Below, piece after piece: positions 26,754 through 29,531 of a stretch of 29,531 nucleotides of DNA. A model generated the notes under the pieces. It did not search any database, was not told the DNA's origin, and saw only the letters and a list, made by a program, of their open reading frames with translations. The position numbers and the translations under genes were made by a program. The stretch is from Candidatus Thorarchaeota archaeon SMTZ1-45 (GTDB lineage Archaea > Asgardarchaeota > Thorarchaeia > Thorarchaeales > Thorarchaeaceae). The stretch spans positions 1-29,531 of the forward strand of contig LRSL01000057.1 in assembly GCA_001563335.1 (NCBI GenBank), in the 5' to 3' direction. The first letter of the stretch is position 1. Every line of letters begins with the position of its first letter.

Positions 26754-27620
26754 CTAGTGTGCCTTGAGAATTGGTTGAGGATTGATCTTAATTAGTGAAA
26801 TTCCCAAAGAATCTTCATTGATTCCTAATGCAGGACCCAAGAACTGAGGAAGTGTAATGACTGGAATCTTTGGTTTGTCACCAGCCTCTTCTCCAAACTG
26901 AACTTGAGTCAATTGAATATCACAGAACACACAAGCAGTGACAATTCCATCTGCATTCTCAGCTCGAATATTCTCGATCTTGTCACGACCTATTGCATTC
27001 CCGACCTCTTCATCCATAGCTAGAAGAGGCCCACCACAGCATCTTGTTTTGCCATTGTAATCAACAGGGGTGCCACCTACTGCTTTAACAATTTGGTCAA
27101 TAATAGTCGGATTTTCAGCATCATCAACCTGCACAATTTCTTCAGGTCGAGTAACATGGCAACCATAATGTGCTGCGAGACGAATGTTCTTGTATGGATT
27201 TACAACTGCTGATCTTATGGCATCGTACCCGATGTCTTCCCTGAAAATTTGGAGTAAATGCTTTACCTGTACCTTTCCTGTGTATTTCAGACCCTCCTCT
27301 TCCAAGATATCATTGACTTCCGTACGGAGTTCTTCATTTCTATCCAAATCATGTTTGACATGTTTTAGAGAGCCAGAACAAGCTCCACAAATGGCTAGAA
27401 TGTCCAGGTCCATCTTTTCAGCAAGTGCTAGAATCCTACCGCTCATTGCAGCGAAAGCAACATGATTCACTGACTCAACATATTGGGCTCCGCAGCAATT
27501 GACATCTTTCAAAGTTGTTAAGCGGACTCCAAGTTTCTCCATAACTAGCTGGACTGCTTTCTCGTACGCAGGAAGTCTAACAGGCGTGGTGCATCCTGTG
27601 TAGAGTAAGAATTCCTTCAT
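26754..27620 (-). CDS. hdrB: Heterodisulfide reductase subunit B
   Basis: Two CCG domains: YTGC...CCGA...CGAC and HYGCH...CCGG...ACVFC. Confidence 0.92.
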   Translation of the reverse strand: MKEFLLYTGCTTPVRLPAYEKAVQLVMEKLGVRLTTLKDVNCCGAQYVESVNHVAFAAMSGRILALAEKMDLDILAICGACSGSLKHVKHDLDRNEELRTEVNDILEEEGLKYTGKVQVKHLLQIFREDIGYDAIRSAVVNPYKNIRLAAHYGCHVTRPEEIVQVDDAENPTIIDQIVKAVGGTPVDYNGKTRCCGGPLLAMDEEVGNAIGRDKIENIRAENADGIVTACVFCDIQLTQVQFGEEAGDKPKIPVITLPQFLGPALGINEDSLGISLIKINPQPILKAH

Positions 27621-28138
27621 TTTGCTGCACCTCCACTAAAGTATCTCTTCTTGACCTTTTTGACGAACTCGTTGTTCCAACCTAAGTCAGTGTCAAGTCC
27701 CAAGTCATCGCGCTCATCCTCCTCAAAATCAGTATAGGCATCATTCAAAAGCCAACCATCCTCAAGTACTTTGTTGATTGTATTCTGGAAGACTGGAGGA
27801 ATGTAGCCTTCACGAGCCGCTATCTCTCTAACAGCTGTGAATATCTCTGACAAGTCTACATCCTCTTGACATCGTTCCTCACAGAGCCTACAGGTCATGC
27901 ATAGCCAAGGTAGATCGCTACTCAGAACCTCTTTTCTCTTACCGAGAAGAATTTTCTGTATTAGTTTTCGAGGTCGATAGCGTTCTGTCTTGCTTGCAAC
28001 CATACATGATGCAGTACACATCCCACATTGGATGCATTGCATGATTCCTTCGCCGCCAGGTTCTTGGCTAATCTCTTTAGCAAAGGTTGAACTTGGTGCA
28101 TGATTAATTGGAGGTTGTTCCTTAGTCTGTTGTGTCAT
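27617..28138 (-). CDS. hdrC: Heterodisulfide reductase subunit C
   Basis: CIQCGMCTASC and WLCMTCRLCEERC. Confidence 0.92.
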   Translation of the reverse strand: MTQQTKEQPPINHAPSSTFAKEISQEPGGEGIMQCIQCGMCTASCMVASKTERYRPRKLIQKILLGKRKEVLSSDLPWLCMTCRLCEERCQEDVDLSEIFTAVREIAAREGYIPPVFQNTINKVLEDGWLLNDAYTDFEEDERDDLGLDTDLGWNNEFVKKVKKRYFSGGAAK

Positions 28139-28156
28139 TATTCACCACTTTCCTGT

Positions 28157-29531
28157 TCATTTTCCTTCATCAACTTTCGATAGTATGATCGTAGCTCTCA
28201 TAGCCGCAGCACTTCCTGCTGACACTGAGTCAGGGATGTCCTTTGGCCCATCAGCACACCCGCAGACGAAGACACCGTCAATTGATGTGTCAACAGGTTT
28301 GGTCATGCTGTCTTCAACACAGACATAACCCTCCTCTGAGAGGTGCATGTTCAATTCCACAGCAATGTCCGCAAGACCATCTGGAGGTTGGACTCCTGGG
28401 CTAATCACAACCATGTCATGATCCACTTGCTGTAGAAAACCAGTTTCAGTATCTTCAAATCTCACAGAGAGCAAGTCTCTCTCCTTGTTATGTAGAACTT
28501 CTGCAACTCTTCCACGTACAAAGTTTACACCGAAACGAGTCCGAGCCATCTCATAGAACTCTTCAAACCCCTTTCCAAAGGCTCGGATATCTGCGTAGTA
28601 AACGGTGACCTCCGTATCTGGATTGTGCTCTTTTGCCATCACTGCGTTTTTGATTCCATACATACAACAAACACGGCTGCAGTAAGGCACACCTTTTTGG
28701 ACGTCTCGTGCCCCTACGCATTGAATAAAACCAATACTATGGGGAACTTTGCCATCTGTGAGTCGTGTTAGATGACCATGAGTTGGTCCAGCAGCATTGA
28801 TTAGCCGTTCGTACTCCATAGCATTAATGACGTTGGGTAGCCTACCATAACCAAGTTGTGGATACTCTTCGACATCAAAGAGCTTGTATCCAGTTGCCAG
28901 AACAATAGCTCCTACATGCAAATCAATTACCTGATCCTCCATGGAGTGATTTATTGCATCTCTAGTGCAAGCATCAACACAACGTTCACACTCACAACAA
29001 ACTGAACAACCTAGACATCGCTCAGCCTCAGCTGCAGCAATGGCTTCATTGAAACCAAGCTCTACCTCTGTGAACTTACGCACCCTTGTTGTGACAGCTT
29101 GTTTTGGCATGGATGCTCTCTTTTCAATTGGTATCCCGGTCTTGTCAACTTCAAATGATTGCACTCGATGTAGATTATTCCCACGGCCCTCCCGGAGGTC
29201 TACACCACGAATATAACGGTCGATAGAGATAGCGGCCTGTTTACCATGGCCAACAGCCTTTACTACGGTAAGAGGCCCGAGGACAACATCGCCACCAGCG
29301 AATACTCCAGGCATATTGGTTTCTAGAGTGATTGGATCAGCTTTTACAGTTGCCCATTCAGAACAACTGAGTTCAGTTTGTACACCTTTTGGATCTGTTG
29401 ATTGTCCAATGGCGATAATCATGTTATCAACAGCCATGGTGAACTCTGAGTTAGGTATTGGAACAGGGCGTCTTCGTCCTGAGTGGTCTGGTTCACCAAG
29501 ACGCATCTTAACACATCTCAAGCCAATGATT
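28157..29531 (-). CDS. hdrA: HdrA-like flavoprotein with GltD-like insertion (5' truncated by window edge)
   Basis: GltD-like segment (LGEPD.SGRRRP, GVFAGGDV..GP..V..AV..G..AA, EAERCL.C) followed by the HdrA core (VGAIVLATG, CVGAR....YCSRVCC, GPKDIPDSV). Frame open to the window end. Confidence 0.85.
   Translation of the reverse strand, partial: IIGLRCVKMRLGEPDHSGRRRPVPIPNSEFTMAVDNMIIAIGQSTDPKGVQTELSCSEWATVKADPITLETNMPGVFAGGDVVLGPLTVVKAVGHGKQAAISIDRYIRGVDLREGRGNNLHRVQSFEVDKTGIPIEKRASMPKQAVTTRVRKFTEVELGFNEAIAAAEAERCLGCSVCCECERCVDACTRDAINHSMEDQVIDLHVGAIVLATGYKLFDVEEYPQLGYGRLPNVINAMEYERLINAAGPTHGHLTRLTDGKVPHSIGFIQCVGARDVQKGVPYCSRVCCMYGIKNAVMAKEHNPDTEVTVYYADIRAFGKGFEEFYEMARTRFGVNFVRGRVAEVLHNKERDLLSVRFEDTETGFLQQVDHDMVVISPGVQPPDGLADIAVELNMHLSEEGYVCVEDSMTKPVDTSIDGVFVCGCADGPKDIPDSVSAGSAAAMRATIILSKVDEGK

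Noticed and set aside
4088-29216. Numerous short opposite-strand or nested ORFs in the track (e.g. 4088-4402, 9531-9878, 11528-11914, 20596-20784, 23072-23407, 27184-27465)
   Set aside because: They overlap well-supported genes and show no protein-family motifs.

Overview
Archaeal window, most likely Asgard (Thorarchaeota-like; inferred from gene content, not from a search). The right third is a minus-strand heterodisulfide reductase/[NiFe]-hydrogenase operon: hdrA-like, hdrC, hdrB, hdrA, mvhD, wHTH, vhuG, vhuA. The large subunit VhuA lacks its C-terminal metal-binding motif. That motif is supplied by a 50-aa ORF missing from the ORF track (vhuU, 21917-22069), which has an in-frame UGA read as selenocysteine (RCYDC-U-LSCGAH). 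A eukaryote-type SECIS hairpin follows, and its AUGA core contains the vhuU stop codon itself. The 3' arm of this SECIS plus the adjacent pyrimidine tract (~40 bp) recurs as degenerate direct repeats at about 21012, 20682, 17541 and weakly 17202. The copies mark boundaries between unrelated gene cassettes: a putative toxin-antitoxin pair, a 48-aa tail-anchored protein and a SnoaL/SDR/desaturase trio. A displaced 3' fragment of the ornithine cyclodeaminase gene lies beside them. This suggests a serial-integration (integron-like) hot spot anchored on a selenoprotein SECIS/terminator; no integrase is visible in the window. The left part holds mvhD-fdhA-fdhB, 4-hydroxybutyryl-CoA dehydratase, two double-Lrp regulators, a TPR protein, a hydrolase, a phosphoribosyltransferase and surface proteins.
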